A DNA stretch of 64,000 bases from Christensenellaceae bacterium. GTDB lineage: Bacteria > Bacillota > Clostridia > Christensenellales > Borkfalkiaceae. The stretch lies in assembly GCA_045647765.1 (NCBI GenBank), contig JAZRMR010000005.1, positions 1,522-65,521 on the forward strand, in the 5' to 3' direction. The position numbers and the translations under genes are program-made. Positions 7,178 through 17,242 of the stretch are shown in pieces. Within the stretch, counting starts at the first letter, position 1, and the number at the start of each line of letters is the position of its first letter. The notes under the pieces are model-generated. The model was not told the origin of the DNA. It saw nothing but the letters and a program-made list of their open reading frames with translations, and did no database searches.

Positions 7178-7597
7178 ATGAGAAAATATAACGGAAAAGA
7201 ATATATAGAAAAAAGCAAACACGATATGCAAGAACTTATAGAAATTGTTAGCATTTTGCGTTCTCCCGACGGTTGCGAATGGGACAAGGCACAGACGTTT
7301 GAAAGCATGAAAAAGTGCTTGGCTGATGAAACCGAAGAAGTGCTTTTAGCAATCGATAAAAAGGATTATGAAAACTTGCAAGAGGAATTAGGAGACGTGC
7401 TTTTGCAGGTTGTTATGAATAGCGAAATTGCAAAAGAACAAGGTCTATTTTCTTTTTCAGACGTTGTTCAAACGCTCTGTGAAAAGTTAATACGTAGACA
7501 TCCTCACGTTTTTGGAGACGTGAAAAAACCAACAACACCCGAAGAAAGTTTAAAACTTTGGAGAACGGTTAAAGAAAAGGAAAAAGCCAGTAAGTGA
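7178..7597 (+). CDS. mazG: MazG-like nucleoside triphosphate pyrophosphohydrolase
   Basis: EExxE/ELGD motifs (ADETEEVLLAI, EELGDVLLQV) and RRHPHVFG. Confidence 0.85.
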   Translation: MRKYNGKEYIEKSKHDMQELIEIVSILRSPDGCEWDKAQTFESMKKCLADETEEVLLAIDKKDYENLQEELGDVLLQVVMNSEIAKEQGLFSFSDVVQTLCEKLIRRHPHVFGDVKKPTTPEESLKLWRTVKEKEKASK

Positions 7598-7610
7598 GCA
7601 TTATTCTAAA

Positions 7611-7814
7611 TTATTGATTTTTATATTGATTTATTAGAATTAAATACTCATCAAATTTGTTTTCCCGAATAGGCATAATGGGATGTGTGCAATCATTGAA
7701 AATTAGGACAAGGGCAGGTTTAATCCGACCGTGCTTTTGGGTGAAATAATAATCAATAAGTTTGCCTTCTTTAATAAGTTTTTTGGCGCAAGCGTGGTAG
7801 TTGAAATAAGTCAT
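7611..7814 (-). CDS. Small hypothetical protein (67 aa)
   Basis: Isolated ORF filling the gap between convergent and divergent neighbours. No motif recognised. Confidence 0.45.
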   Translation of the reverse strand: MTYFNYHACAKKLIKEGKLIDYYFTQKHGRIKPALVLIFNDCTHPIMPIRENKFDEYLILINQYKNQ

Positions 7815-7885
7815 AAAATGAGTATTTGTATAAAAACAAGATTTAATCTCTGCTGTTAAAATCTTAGAGGAAATTTAGTATAAAA

Positions 7886-8353
7886 ATGATAAAAATAATG
7901 TTTGTATGTTACGGTAATATTTGCCGTTCGCCTATGGCGGAATTTATGATGAAAGACCTCGTAAGCAAAATGGGGGAAGATGAGTGTTTTATAATCAAGT
8001 CATCAGCAACAAGTAGTGAAGAACTAGGAAACAGAGTGCATTACGGAACAAGAGAAGTATTAAAAAAACACGGTATATCTTGCGAAGGGAAATGTGCTCA
8101 AAAACTTTTACCGTCGGACTATGATAATTATGATTATTTTATAGGAATGGATCAAAACAACTTACGAGCAATGCAAAGAATTTTTAACGGCGATAAAAAA
8201 GGCAAAATAAAACTTTTGATGGAATATACGGGAAAGACAAAAGACGTTGCCGACCCCTATTGGACGGGAGATTTTAACCAAACGGAAAAAGACGTTTTAT
8301 CTGGGGTTAACGCATTTTATAAATTCATAAAAAATCAGCAAATAAAATGTTAA
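7886..8353 (+). CDS. Low-molecular-weight protein-tyrosine phosphatase
   Basis: Active-site loop CYGNICRSPMAE (CX5R) and DPYW near the C-terminus. Confidence 0.9.
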   Translation: MIKIMFVCYGNICRSPMAEFMMKDLVSKMGEDECFIIKSSATSSEELGNRVHYGTREVLKKHGISCEGKCAQKLLPSDYDNYDYFIGMDQNNLRAMQRIFNGDKKGKIKLLMEYTGKTKDVADPYWTGDFNQTEKDVLSGVNAFYKFIKNQQIKC

Positions 8354-8371
8354 AAATATTTTTGAAAAGTA

Positions 8372-8400
8372 TTGACAGTAATTTTTTTTCGTGCTATATT
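8372..8400 (+). promoter_or_regulatory. Candidate sigma-A promoter of the ABC exporter gene
   Basis: TTGACA (8372-8377), 17-nt spacer, TATATT (8395-8400). Confidence 0.5.
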
Positions 8401-8410
8401 GTAAGTGAAC

Positions 8411-8442
8411 AAGACTTTAACCTTTTTTAAGGTTAAAGTCTT
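8411..8442 (+). promoter_or_regulatory. Perfect 14-bp inverted repeat at the predicted 5' end of the exporter mRNA (operator or 5' stem-loop)
   Basis: AAGACTTTAACCTT-tttt-AAGGTTAAAGTCTT, beginning about 10 nt after the -10 box. Confidence 0.5.
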
Positions 8443-8468
8443 TAATATTAATAGCCGTGAGGTAGGTA

Positions 8469-10355
8469 ATGGAGCAGGCAGAAAAGGTTAAACGCAACAC
8501 AAAGCTTCGAAAAGTTATCCCAGATTACGACCACATATTTGATTTTGCAAAAGAACAGGGAGAAAGCAAAAACGCTAAAAGAAAAAAGCCAAAATTGTTT
8601 GGCAAACTTTTAAAAATCAATGCAAAACCACTGGTTGGTTCTACGCTAATATATTTTTTACAAGCCTTGCCTGTTTGGATTGTGCCTTTGGCAACGGCAA
8701 ACATAATAAATATTGTAACAACGGCAGTAAGTTCCGGAACGGGAGTTACAAGAGAATTATGGATAGAACTTTTTATCAATGCGGGGATAATGCTTTTTAG
8801 TATAATTCAAAACGTTCCCTCCACCGTTTGGCGAAGTCTCGTTGCGAGCAAAATGCTGAGAAGAACAAGCGCAGGAATAAAAAGTTCTGTCGTTAGAAAA
8901 CTTCAAAGTTTGTCTATTACGTATCATAAAGATATGCAAACGGGAAAAATTCAGTCCAAGTTTTTGCGAGATACAGACCTTGTTGACCAGTTGTTTTCAG
9001 TGTTTACCAACACGTTAATTCTTCAAATAATAAATGTCGTTTTTGCCGTGTTTATATCTGTTTACAGAAACGGATTAGTTGCGCTGTTCTTTTTACTGGT
9101 TATACCACTTAATCTTCTATTAACCTTTGCGTTTAGGAAAAAGGTGAGATTGGGATATAAGGATTTTAGGGTTAAAACCGAGAATATGAGCAATAAACTC
9201 TCTAACATGCTCCAAATGATGACGGTAACTAAATCGCACGGTTTAGAGCAGACGGAAATCTCGTCAATAAACAAAAGCATTTCTCAGGTTGAAGGTTCTG
9301 GGCGCAAACTAGACAAAACTCATGCGTTTTTCGGTGCTAGTGCTTGGGTAATGGGGTCGTTGATGTCTGCCATAACGCTTATATTTTGTGCGATTATGGC
9401 GTTGCTTGGGCAAATTGAAGTGGGCGATATAGTTTTATATCAATCAATGTTTACCCAAATTAACGGAGGTGTTTCTGCGCTTATTGGTTTAATGCCAACA
9501 ATCAGCGCTGGATTCGATTCACTTTCTTCTATCTCTGAAATTATGAATGCAACTGACGTGGAAATAAATTTAGGCAAAGTTGGAATAGACCAAATTAAAG
9601 GGCACGTAGAATTTAAAGACGTTAGTTACAGATATCCGAACACCGAGCAAATGGTTGTAAAGAATTTTTCACTAGACGTTAAAGAGGGCGAATGTATTGC
9701 ATTCGTCGGTGCGTCTGGCTCCGGCAAAACGACCATAATGAATTTAATTATAGGACTACTAAAACCCGTAGAGGGTGAGTTTTTAATTGACGGCAAGGAT
9801 ATAAAAGATTTCAATCTTTCTAAATATCGTCATCATATATCGGTTGTTCCTCAAAACAGCATTTTATTTGCAGGTACTATAAGAGAAAATATTACTTACG
9901 GATTAAATAAATATTCAGAAGAGCAACTGCAAAAGGTTATTGAAATGGCAAACCTTAACGAGTTCATAAAAGATTTGCCAAACGGAATTGATACCGTTAT
10001 AGGAGAGCACGGCGATAAGCTTTCGGGTGGACAAAAGCAGAGGGTTACGATTGCAAGAGCATTGATTAGAAATCCAAAAATTTTAATACTAGACGAGGCT
10101 ACAAGCGCACTCGATAATATTTCCGAGTATCAAGTTCAAAAGGCTATATCGTCTTCTATAAAAGGAAGAACAACTTTTATCGTTGCGCATAGACTTTCTA
10201 CCATAAGAGATGCTGACAGAATAGTCGTTATGGAGAACGGAGAAGCGGTTGAAGTTGGAAGTTATCAACAATTAATGGATAAAAAAGGCAAGTTTTACGA
10301 GTTGAAGTGCCTAAACGACATGAATGCAAAGACGGCGGAAGAAGGTTTAAATTAA
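8469..10355 (+). CDS. ABC transporter, fused permease/ATP-binding protein (exporter type)
   Basis: N-terminal six-TM region. Walker A GASGSGKTT, signature LSGGQKQR, Walker B ILILDEATSALD. Confidence 0.9.
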   Translation: MEQAEKVKRNTKLRKVIPDYDHIFDFAKEQGESKNAKRKKPKLFGKLLKINAKPLVGSTLIYFLQALPVWIVPLATANIINIVTTAVSSGTGVTRELWIELFINAGIMLFSIIQNVPSTVWRSLVASKMLRRTSAGIKSSVVRKLQSLSITYHKDMQTGKIQSKFLRDTDLVDQLFSVFTNTLILQIINVVFAVFISVYRNGLVALFFLLVIPLNLLLTFAFRKKVRLGYKDFRVKTENMSNKLSNMLQMMTVTKSHGLEQTEISSINKSISQVEGSGRKLDKTHAFFGASAWVMGSLMSAITLIFCAIMALLGQIEVGDIVLYQSMFTQINGGVSALIGLMPTISAGFDSLSSISEIMNATDVEINLGKVGIDQIKGHVEFKDVSYRYPNTEQMVVKNFSLDVKEGECIAFVGASGSGKTTIMNLIIGLLKPVEGEFLIDGKDIKDFNLSKYRHHISVVPQNSILFAGTIRENITYGLNKYSEEQLQKVIEMANLNEFIKDLPNGIDTVIGEHGDKLSGGQKQRVTIARALIRNPKILILDEATSALDNISEYQVQKAISSSIKGRTTFIVAHRLSTIRDADRIVVMENGEAVEVGSYQQLMDKKGKFYELKCLNDMNAKTAEEGLN

Positions 10356-10366
10356 AAGGAGAAATT

Positions 10367-11218
10367 ATGCTTGTTTCGACTGAAATTTACGGATTATCAC
10401 AAAGAATTGGAGAAATAAAAACCATTGAGAGTTGTGCCAAAGCGGGGTTTGATGCATTTGACCTTTCAATGTTTGTGATGACTAAAAGAGAAGCAAACAA
10501 TATTTATCTTTCCGACCATCCACTTGGGCGGAAGAATTACCTTTCTTTCGTAAGAGAATTAAAAAAGGTGGCACAGGATAACGGAATTTTTTGCAATCAA
10601 TCTCACGCACCCTATTATGCTTACATGGATAAAGTTAAAGGGTATCTTAAAAGGGCAATAGAATGCACGGCGGAGATAGGGGCAAAAATATGCGTAATAC
10701 ACCCCGATGCTTTTGGGTCTGTCGAAGAAAATACCGAGATGTATTTGGAATTGTTGCCTTTTGCCAAAGAGCACGGAGTTAAAATTGCAACCGAAAATAT
10801 TTGGAATTTTGTTAATGGTGCTGTAACCTCTGTTTGCGGGTCGGATGAAACAAGTATTAAACGACAGTTACAACAAATAGAGGATAATGATTTTTGCGTG
10901 TGCTTGGACATAGGACACGCTGAAATGAAAGGCGTTAATACTTCGGCGGTTAAAATGATTAATGCCATAGGAAATAGGCTTTTAGCCTTGCACATTCATG
11001 ACAACGATTTACAGCGTGATAATCATCTTATGCCAGGAAGAGGGAAGATTGCATTCGACCCTATTATTAGAGCATTAAAAGAAAACGGGTATAAGGGAGA
11101 ATTTACCTTAGAGGCAGACAACCATTATTTAAATGTTCCAGATGAGAATCTGTTTGAAGAGGTAAAGAGCCTCTATAATTCGGTTAGGTTATTAGCGGAT
11201 AAGTTTGAAAGTTTATAA
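10367..11218 (+). CDS. Sugar phosphate isomerase/epimerase (xylose-isomerase-like TIM barrel)
   Basis: AP-endonuclease-2/TIM-barrel-like motifs (VIHPD, ATENIW, LDIGHA, LHIHDN). AAAGGAG RBS before ATG at 10367 (the track ORF starts at 10307 inside the upstream gene). Confidence 0.75.
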   Translation: MLVSTEIYGLSQRIGEIKTIESCAKAGFDAFDLSMFVMTKREANNIYLSDHPLGRKNYLSFVRELKKVAQDNGIFCNQSHAPYYAYMDKVKGYLKRAIECTAEIGAKICVIHPDAFGSVEENTEMYLELLPFAKEHGVKIATENIWNFVNGAVTSVCGSDETSIKRQLQQIEDNDFCVCLDIGHAEMKGVNTSAVKMINAIGNRLLALHIHDNDLQRDNHLMPGRGKIAFDPIIRALKENGYKGEFTLEADNHYLNVPDENLFEEVKSLYNSVRLLADKFESL

Positions 11219-11223
11219 AAACA

Positions 11224-11252
11224 AAGGCAGTTGAATTAAATCAACTGCCTTT
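11224..11252. terminator. Bidirectional terminator between convergent genes
   Basis: AAGGCAGTTGA-attaaa-TCAACTGCCTT. Confidence 0.7.
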
Positions 11253-11273
11253 ACTATTATTTAGTGCTTTTTA

Positions 11274-13247
11274 TTATTTGCCAAGAACTTCTTTTGCGGT
11301 GTTAACTACGTTTTCAACGGTGAAACCGTATTTATCAAACAACTTCTTAGCAGGAGCAGATTCACCGAAAGATTCCATGCCGATAATCTTTCCGTCAAAA
11401 CCAACGTACTTATACCAGCACATAGGTGAGCCTGCTTCGATAGCAACCCTTGCCCTAACAGTAGAGGGAAGAACGCTTTCTTTATACTTAGCCGATTGAT
11501 TCTCAAAGTCCTCAACGCAAGGCATAGAAACTACTCTTGCATCAATACCGTCCTTAGCAAGTTCTGCTTTTGCAGAAACAGCAAGGTTAACTTCACTTCC
11601 TGTTGCAATCAAGATAATGTCAGGGGTCTTCTTGGTTGAATCGGCGAGAACGTATCCGCCTTTTAACGCATTTTCACCCGTTCCTTCAAGCATAGGAATG
11701 GTTTGACGAGAAAGAACTAAACAAGAGGGGTCTTTACCCGTGAGAGCATTAATCCAAGAAGCGGTGGTTTCTCTACCGTCGCAAGGACGATAAACTTTCA
11801 TATGAGGCATTGCTCTAAGACCTGCAAGGTGTTCGATAGGTTGATGTGTAGGACCGTCTTCACCAACACCGATTGAATCGTGAGTTAAAATATAAACTAC
11901 GGGGAGTTCCATTATTGCCGACATACGCATAGCGTTTTTCATATAGTCTGAGAAAACAGCGAAAGTTGCGCAGTACGGAATAAGGCTTCCGTGTAAATAC
12001 ATACCGTTAACGATTGCAGCCATTGCATGTTCTCTTATACCAAAGTGCATATTTGAACCGCTCTTATCGTCGGGGAGGAATTCTCCTCTTGATTTCATAT
12101 TAGATTTATTAGCGGGTGCTAAGTCTGCGCTACCACCGATAAGGTTTGGAACGTATTGAGCGAGTTTGTTAAGAACGGTTGCGCCGTATCCTCTTGAAGC
12201 ATCGTCCTTTTCAAATTTCCACAAATCTTCAATATTTTTAAGGTCGGGAAGTTCTCTCTTTTTCCATGCTGAATATTCTTTTGCGAGTTCGGGATATTTT
12301 TCAGCGTATTCTTTAAACATTGTCTTCCACGCTCTTTCTGCTCTTCTGCCCTTGTTGGCAAACTTCTTGCAGTGAGCAAAGACTTCTGCGGGAACTTCGA
12401 AAGGTTCGCTTGTCCATTCGAGGTTTTTCTTTAAGGTTGCAACACCTTCTTCTCCGAGGGGAGCGCCGTGGCAACTTGCTTTACCAACTAGGTGTGAACC
12501 GTAACCAATTTGTGATTTAATTATGATTAAAGAAGGTTTTTCTTTTTCTGCTTTTGCTTTCTTAATAGCACGGTTTAGTGCAGAAACGTCATTAGCGTCT
12601 TTAACGTTAATAACTTGCCAACCAAGTGCTTCGTGGCGTTTACCAACGTTTTCGGTAAAGGTAATATCGGTGTCGCCTTCGATAGTTATATCGTTATCGT
12701 CGTATAAAACGATAAGTTTGCCAAGTTTCAATGCGCCTGCAAGCGAAGCGGCTTCGTTTTCAATACCTTCTTGCATACAACCGTCTCCGCAAAGAGCGTA
12801 TGTATAATGGTCAACGATGGGGAAGCCTTCTTTATTAAACTTTTCAGCAAGATATGCTTCAGCGATAGCCATACCTACTGCGTTAGCAACACCTTGACCG
12901 AGCGGGCCGGTACTCGTTTCAACACCAGGGCAAACACCGTATTCGGGGTGGCCGGCAGTGCGAGAGCCGAGTTGACGGAAATTCATAATGTCTTCCTTAG
13001 TAAGACCGAATCCAAAGAGATAGTAAAGCGCATAATCGAGCATGGAGCCGTGGCCTGCTGAAAGCACGAAACGGTCTCTGTTATCGAAAGCGGTGTTTCT
13101 TGGATTGAAAACCATATTAGTAAATGCGGCATATCCAATAGGAGCTGCACCGAGAGGGAGTCCAGGATGGCCAGAGTTTGCCTTTTGGATTGCCTCTGCG
13201 GAGAGAACCCTTATGGCGTTAATAGTAAGTTGTTTTACGTCTTGCAT
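11274..13247 (-). CDS. tkt: Transketolase
   Basis: 657 aa. N-terminal SGHPG, GDGCMQEG thiamine-diphosphate motif, and typical C-terminal domains. AGGAGG RBS. Confidence 0.95.
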   Translation of the reverse strand: MQDVKQLTINAIRVLSAEAIQKANSGHPGLPLGAAPIGYAAFTNMVFNPRNTAFDNRDRFVLSAGHGSMLDYALYYLFGFGLTKEDIMNFRQLGSRTAGHPEYGVCPGVETSTGPLGQGVANAVGMAIAEAYLAEKFNKEGFPIVDHYTYALCGDGCMQEGIENEAASLAGALKLGKLIVLYDDNDITIEGDTDITFTENVGKRHEALGWQVINVKDANDVSALNRAIKKAKAEKEKPSLIIIKSQIGYGSHLVGKASCHGAPLGEEGVATLKKNLEWTSEPFEVPAEVFAHCKKFANKGRRAERAWKTMFKEYAEKYPELAKEYSAWKKRELPDLKNIEDLWKFEKDDASRGYGATVLNKLAQYVPNLIGGSADLAPANKSNMKSRGEFLPDDKSGSNMHFGIREHAMAAIVNGMYLHGSLIPYCATFAVFSDYMKNAMRMSAIMELPVVYILTHDSIGVGEDGPTHQPIEHLAGLRAMPHMKVYRPCDGRETTASWINALTGKDPSCLVLSRQTIPMLEGTGENALKGGYVLADSTKKTPDIILIATGSEVNLAVSAKAELAKDGIDARVVSMPCVEDFENQSAKYKESVLPSTVRARVAIEAGSPMCWYKYVGFDGKIIGMESFGESAPAKKLFDKYGFTVENVVNTAKEVLGK

Positions 13248-13474
13248 AATATCCTCCTAAATTTGCAGTGATACCGTTTTGTCAAGTTTTATCAGTGAAT
13301 AAAAGATTTTCACAAAAAGACAAAACAGTTTACAAATACGATATATATTATATAGCAAGTTCAATTCTTTTTCAAGCCTTTTTCTGTAAAATTAAATAAA
13401 AAAAGTTGTATATTTACATTTGTCGTGATATAATTAAAATAACTATAATGGAAAATTATGCACGGAGATAGGTT

Positions 13475-14905
13475 ATGGCAGAAAAACAATTCGTAAAAGA
13501 GATTGCAGACATTAATGAAAATTTTACCCAGTGGTATACTGACGTTGTGCTGAAAACGGAATTGGTTGATTATGGTCCAGTTAAGGGGACTATGGTTATT
13601 AGACCGTATGGTTATGCTATTTGGGAAAACATACAAAAAGATATGGACCGCCGTTTTAAGGAAACGGGTTCTAAAAACGCATATTTCCCTTTACTTATAC
13701 CTATGAGTTTTTTCACAAAAGAGGCTGAACACGTTGAAGGTTTTGCCCCAGAAGTTGCGGTGGTTACACACGCAGGTGGCGCAAAATTAGACGAGCCACT
13801 TGCTATCAGACCTACCAGTGAAACGGTTATTGGAACTATGTATTCAAAATGGATTCAGTCTTATAGAGATTTGCCCGTGATTATGAATCAATGGTGTAAC
13901 GTTATGCGTTGGGAAAAGACGACAAGACCTTTCCTCAGAACGAGCGAGTTCTTGTGGCAAGAGGGACATACCGTTCACGCAACCGAAGAAGAGGCCATGG
14001 AAGAAACCATAAAAATGCTCAACGTTTACAGGGATTTTATGGAAGAAACCCTTGCGCTTCCAGTATTTTGCGGAAGAAAGACGGAAAAAGAAAAATTCGC
14101 AGGTGCTGTTGCAACTTTCGGTTTAGAAGCAATGATGCTTGACGGGAAAAGTTTGCAGTCTGGTACCAGCCATTATTTAGGGCAAAACTTTTCAAAAGCG
14201 TTTGACATTAAATTCTTAGATAAAGACGGAAAGCAAAAACACGGTTACACCACTTCGTGGGGAACTTCTACCAGAATGATAGGTGCTGTTATTATGGCGC
14301 ACGGCGACCAAAGAGGTCTTGTTTTGCCTCCGAGAATTGCACCAGTTCAGGTTATAATCGTTCCTGTTGCTGCGCATAAAGGCGGAGTAATCGAAAAGGC
14401 AAAAGAAATTGAAAGCGCTTTCTTAAAGGCTGGGATTAGAGCAGAAACGGATACTAGGGATATGAGTCCCGGTTGGAAGTTTAACGAGTGGGAAATGAAA
14501 GGTGTTCCCGTTCGTATTGAAGTTGGACCGAGAGATATAGAGAATAATCAAGTGGTATTAGTTCGTAGAGATAAGAACGAAAAGCAATTTGTTTCAATGG
14601 AAAATTTGTCCGAATTTGTAAACGGATTATTAGACGTTATTCAAAAGGATATGTATATTAAATCTAAGGCAAACAGAGACGCAAGAATTGTAGAGGCAGA
14701 CAGCCTTGAAGGAATTTTGAACGGCGTTGAAAACAAGAATTTCGTTAAAGCCGGTTGGTGCGGTTGCAGAGAGTGTGAAGACAAGGTTAAAGAAACGGCT
14801 TCGGCAACGGCAAGAGTTATGTGTGATGAAGAGGGCGTTCCAGAAGTTTGCGCAATTTGTGGAAAACCTGCTAAACACAAGGTTATTTTTGCAAGAGCAT
14901 ATTAA
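13475..14905 (+). CDS. proS: Proline--tRNA ligase (archaeal/eukaryal-like short form)
   Basis: 476 aa class II aaRS that ends in the typical ...ARAY, with a C-terminal zinc-binding-like Cys cluster (CGCRECEDK...CAICGKPA). Confidence 0.9.
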   Translation: MAEKQFVKEIADINENFTQWYTDVVLKTELVDYGPVKGTMVIRPYGYAIWENIQKDMDRRFKETGSKNAYFPLLIPMSFFTKEAEHVEGFAPEVAVVTHAGGAKLDEPLAIRPTSETVIGTMYSKWIQSYRDLPVIMNQWCNVMRWEKTTRPFLRTSEFLWQEGHTVHATEEEAMEETIKMLNVYRDFMEETLALPVFCGRKTEKEKFAGAVATFGLEAMMLDGKSLQSGTSHYLGQNFSKAFDIKFLDKDGKQKHGYTTSWGTSTRMIGAVIMAHGDQRGLVLPPRIAPVQVIIVPVAAHKGGVIEKAKEIESAFLKAGIRAETDTRDMSPGWKFNEWEMKGVPVRIEVGPRDIENNQVVLVRRDKNEKQFVSMENLSEFVNGLLDVIQKDMYIKSKANRDARIVEADSLEGILNGVENKNFVKAGWCGCRECEDKVKETASATARVMCDEEGVPEVCAICGKPAKHKVIFARAY

Positions 14906-14962
14906 TTTGTGAATATAAAAGGTTGTTGAGGGCAATATTATAGGTGGGCAAAAGGAGAAAAT

Positions 14963-15859
14963 ATGATAACTATTATAAACGAAGGGTTTCCCGTATCCTT
15001 ATACGGTGGAACAATTTGGACGACTGCGGGAATTATTCTTGCAGTAGTAATCGGGTTTTACGTTTTGCGTTCAATAGGTCTTTACGTAATGGCGAAAAGA
15101 GCAGAAATAAAACTCGCCTTCTTTGCGTTTATACCTATTTTATGGGTGTATCTTGCATGTAAACTAATCGGAAATCAAAGAACGTTTGGCTCAACTTTTG
15201 ATAAACTAGCTATTATTTTTTGTTTATTATTCGGTTTAGCAGAAACTTGCACGCTAGTTATAACCTTTTTTATCTATTTCCCGATAGTGGGCAATTTACT
15301 TGAAGGCAGAACGGTTTATCTGCTGATGCTTGAAGATATGTCGCAGGCAAACGTAGACGCTTATTGCAAAACCAATAACCTTGTTGAATGGGCAAGCGGA
15401 TTATACGTCAGTGCCGACCCAATGGAATTTGTTGACCCTTATGGAGAAGCGATATTCGTTATCAACAAAATTTTGTCGATATTAAACCCAATATCAATGT
15501 TACTTGACTTGTTGAGCCTCGTTGTTATGGCTAGCGTATATATCAGCCTTTTCAGAAAGTATTATCCGCAACATTATATGCTTGCAGGGATACTTTCCTT
15601 GTTTGGGCTTTTTGCACCGTTTGTTTTCTCGGTGAGGAAGAGAGAACCGGTTAACTATATGGATTATATTAGGGAACGTTATCAACGTTTTGGATACGGG
15701 CCTTATGGCAATCCTTATAATAATCCTTACAACACGCCTTACGGCAAGAATATGGAAAGGCCACCCGAAACTCCGTTTAAGGACTTTGCCGAAAAGGGAG
15801 AAGTTGACCCGGGCAATCCGTTTGCAGAGTTTTACGACAACGATAAAGAAGATAAATAA
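14963..15859 (+). CDS. Integral membrane protein of unknown function with a Pro/Tyr/Asn-rich cytoplasmic tail
   Basis: Several hydrophobic segments and a C-terminus GYGPYGNPYNNPYNTPYG. AAAGGAG RBS. No terminator separates it from proS. Confidence 0.6.
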   Translation: MITIINEGFPVSLYGGTIWTTAGIILAVVIGFYVLRSIGLYVMAKRAEIKLAFFAFIPILWVYLACKLIGNQRTFGSTFDKLAIIFCLLFGLAETCTLVITFFIYFPIVGNLLEGRTVYLLMLEDMSQANVDAYCKTNNLVEWASGLYVSADPMEFVDPYGEAIFVINKILSILNPISMLLDLLSLVVMASVYISLFRKYYPQHYMLAGILSLFGLFAPFVFSVRKREPVNYMDYIRERYQRFGYGPYGNPYNNPYNTPYGKNMERPPETPFKDFAEKGEVDPGNPFAEFYDNDKEDK

Positions 15860-15885
15860 TTAAACTAATTTTCAAAGGATAAATA

Positions 15886-17223
15886 ATGGTATCTGAAAAT
15901 ATTGCCGCAATTTCCACAGCCCTTGCGCCAAGTGGGGTTGCGGTTATTAGAATTAGCGGAGATAGTCCGCTATCAATAGCAGAAAGAGTTTTTCGCCCGT
16001 CGGGAAAGACGGCGGTGAACAACTTTGAGCCGAATAAAATGTACGTTGGTGAAATCATTGCCGACGGTTTTACAGACTTCGGAATGGTCGTATACTTTAA
16101 AGGGCCTAAAAGTTTTACAGGTGAAGACATAGTAGAAATTCATTCGCACGGTGGTGTCGCAATAGCAAAGGGAATACTCAAAAAAGTTATATCCGAAGGG
16201 GCAAGACTTGCGGGCAATGGCGAGTTTACCAAACGTGCGTTTATGAACGGAAAACTTTCGCTTTCCTCGGCAGAGGGGCTTATCGATATGATTAACAGTG
16301 AATCTGCAAGCGGTGTCAAAGCGGGGTATTATCTTTACAGAGAAAATTTAACAAAAGAGGTCAATTCGTTACAAGACCAGATAACGACCGTACTTGCGGG
16401 GATTGATGCGGATATGGATTTTCCAGAGGAAGATTTAGAACAAGCGTCAATGAAAGAAACTGAACAAACGCTTACCCAAGTTTTAGAGAGAATTAAAAAA
16501 CTTCTTTCGACATATAGGCTTGGAAGAACTTTAAAAAATGGTGTTAGGGTTGCAATAGTAGGAAAGCCAAACACAGGCAAAAGTTCGCTATTAAACGCTT
16601 TGCTTGATTATAATAAAGCAATCGTGTCAGACGTTCCTGGAACGACGAGAGACGTTGTTGAGGGTGCGCTTGACGTTAACGGAGTGCGCTTTAATTTCTC
16701 AGATACGGCTGGCATAAGGGAGAGCGCAGATAAGATTGAAGAAATGGGCGTTCTTCTTTCAAAGAAAATATTAGACGAAAGCGATTTAATAATATACGTT
16801 GTTGCGTCTGACGACCTTAACGAAGAGGACGATAAAATTTATCAGTTGATAAAGGATAAGAATTTTATATTTGTCGTCAACAAAACCGACAAAAAAGCCA
16901 TTATTGACGAGCGAGCAGACGTTTATATTTCTGCGTTAAAGAAAGAAAACGTAGATGAATTAAAACAACTAATGTATGAAAAAACAGTTGAGAGCGGTTT
17001 GGACTTAAACGGCGACTTTTTGTGCGAAGAAAGACATTATAACGCTTTGAAAAAGGCAGAGAAAAAACTTTCGGACGCACTCTTTGCGATAGGTAACGTA
17101 AGTTTAGACCTTCTTGCAATAGATATAAAAGACGGTTGGGACGCTCTTGGTGAAATTTCAGGGCGAACTGCAACCGAAGATATAATAAACGACATATTTA
17201 GCAAGTTTTGTGTGGGAAAATAA
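15886..17223 (+). CDS. mnmE: tRNA modification GTPase MnmE
   Basis: G-domain GKPNTGKSSL and DTAG motifs, and the characteristic C-terminal FCVGK. Confidence 0.92.
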   Translation: MVSENIAAISTALAPSGVAVIRISGDSPLSIAERVFRPSGKTAVNNFEPNKMYVGEIIADGFTDFGMVVYFKGPKSFTGEDIVEIHSHGGVAIAKGILKKVISEGARLAGNGEFTKRAFMNGKLSLSSAEGLIDMINSESASGVKAGYYLYRENLTKEVNSLQDQITTVLAGIDADMDFPEEDLEQASMKETEQTLTQVLERIKKLLSTYRLGRTLKNGVRVAIVGKPNTGKSSLLNALLDYNKAIVSDVPGTTRDVVEGALDVNGVRFNFSDTAGIRESADKIEEMGVLLSKKILDESDLIIYVVASDDLNEEDDKIYQLIKDKNFIFVVNKTDKKAIIDERADVYISALKKENVDELKQLMYEKTVESGLDLNGDFLCEERHYNALKKAEKKLSDALFAIGNVSLDLLAIDIKDGWDALGEISGRTATEDIINDIFSKFCVGK

Positions 17224-17242
17224 ACGATAGGGGGAAAAGAGT

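Noticed and set aside
11278-13260. Multiple 60-100 aa ORFs antisense to tkt. Similar antisense or out-of-frame ORFs occur inside the GRE (2246-3641), ppdK (29756-31890), mgtE (19977-21110), EF-G (51445-52695), the aconitase-like gene (22509-23336) and elsewhere.
   Set aside because: They lie entirely within well-supported conserved genes, lack RBSs and have low-complexity composition. They are typical shadow ORFs.
13261-13474. T-box leader upstream of proS.
   Set aside because: The spacer is short, AT-rich and shared with the divergent tkt promoter. I saw no specifier-loop features and no conserved T-box sequence or terminator.
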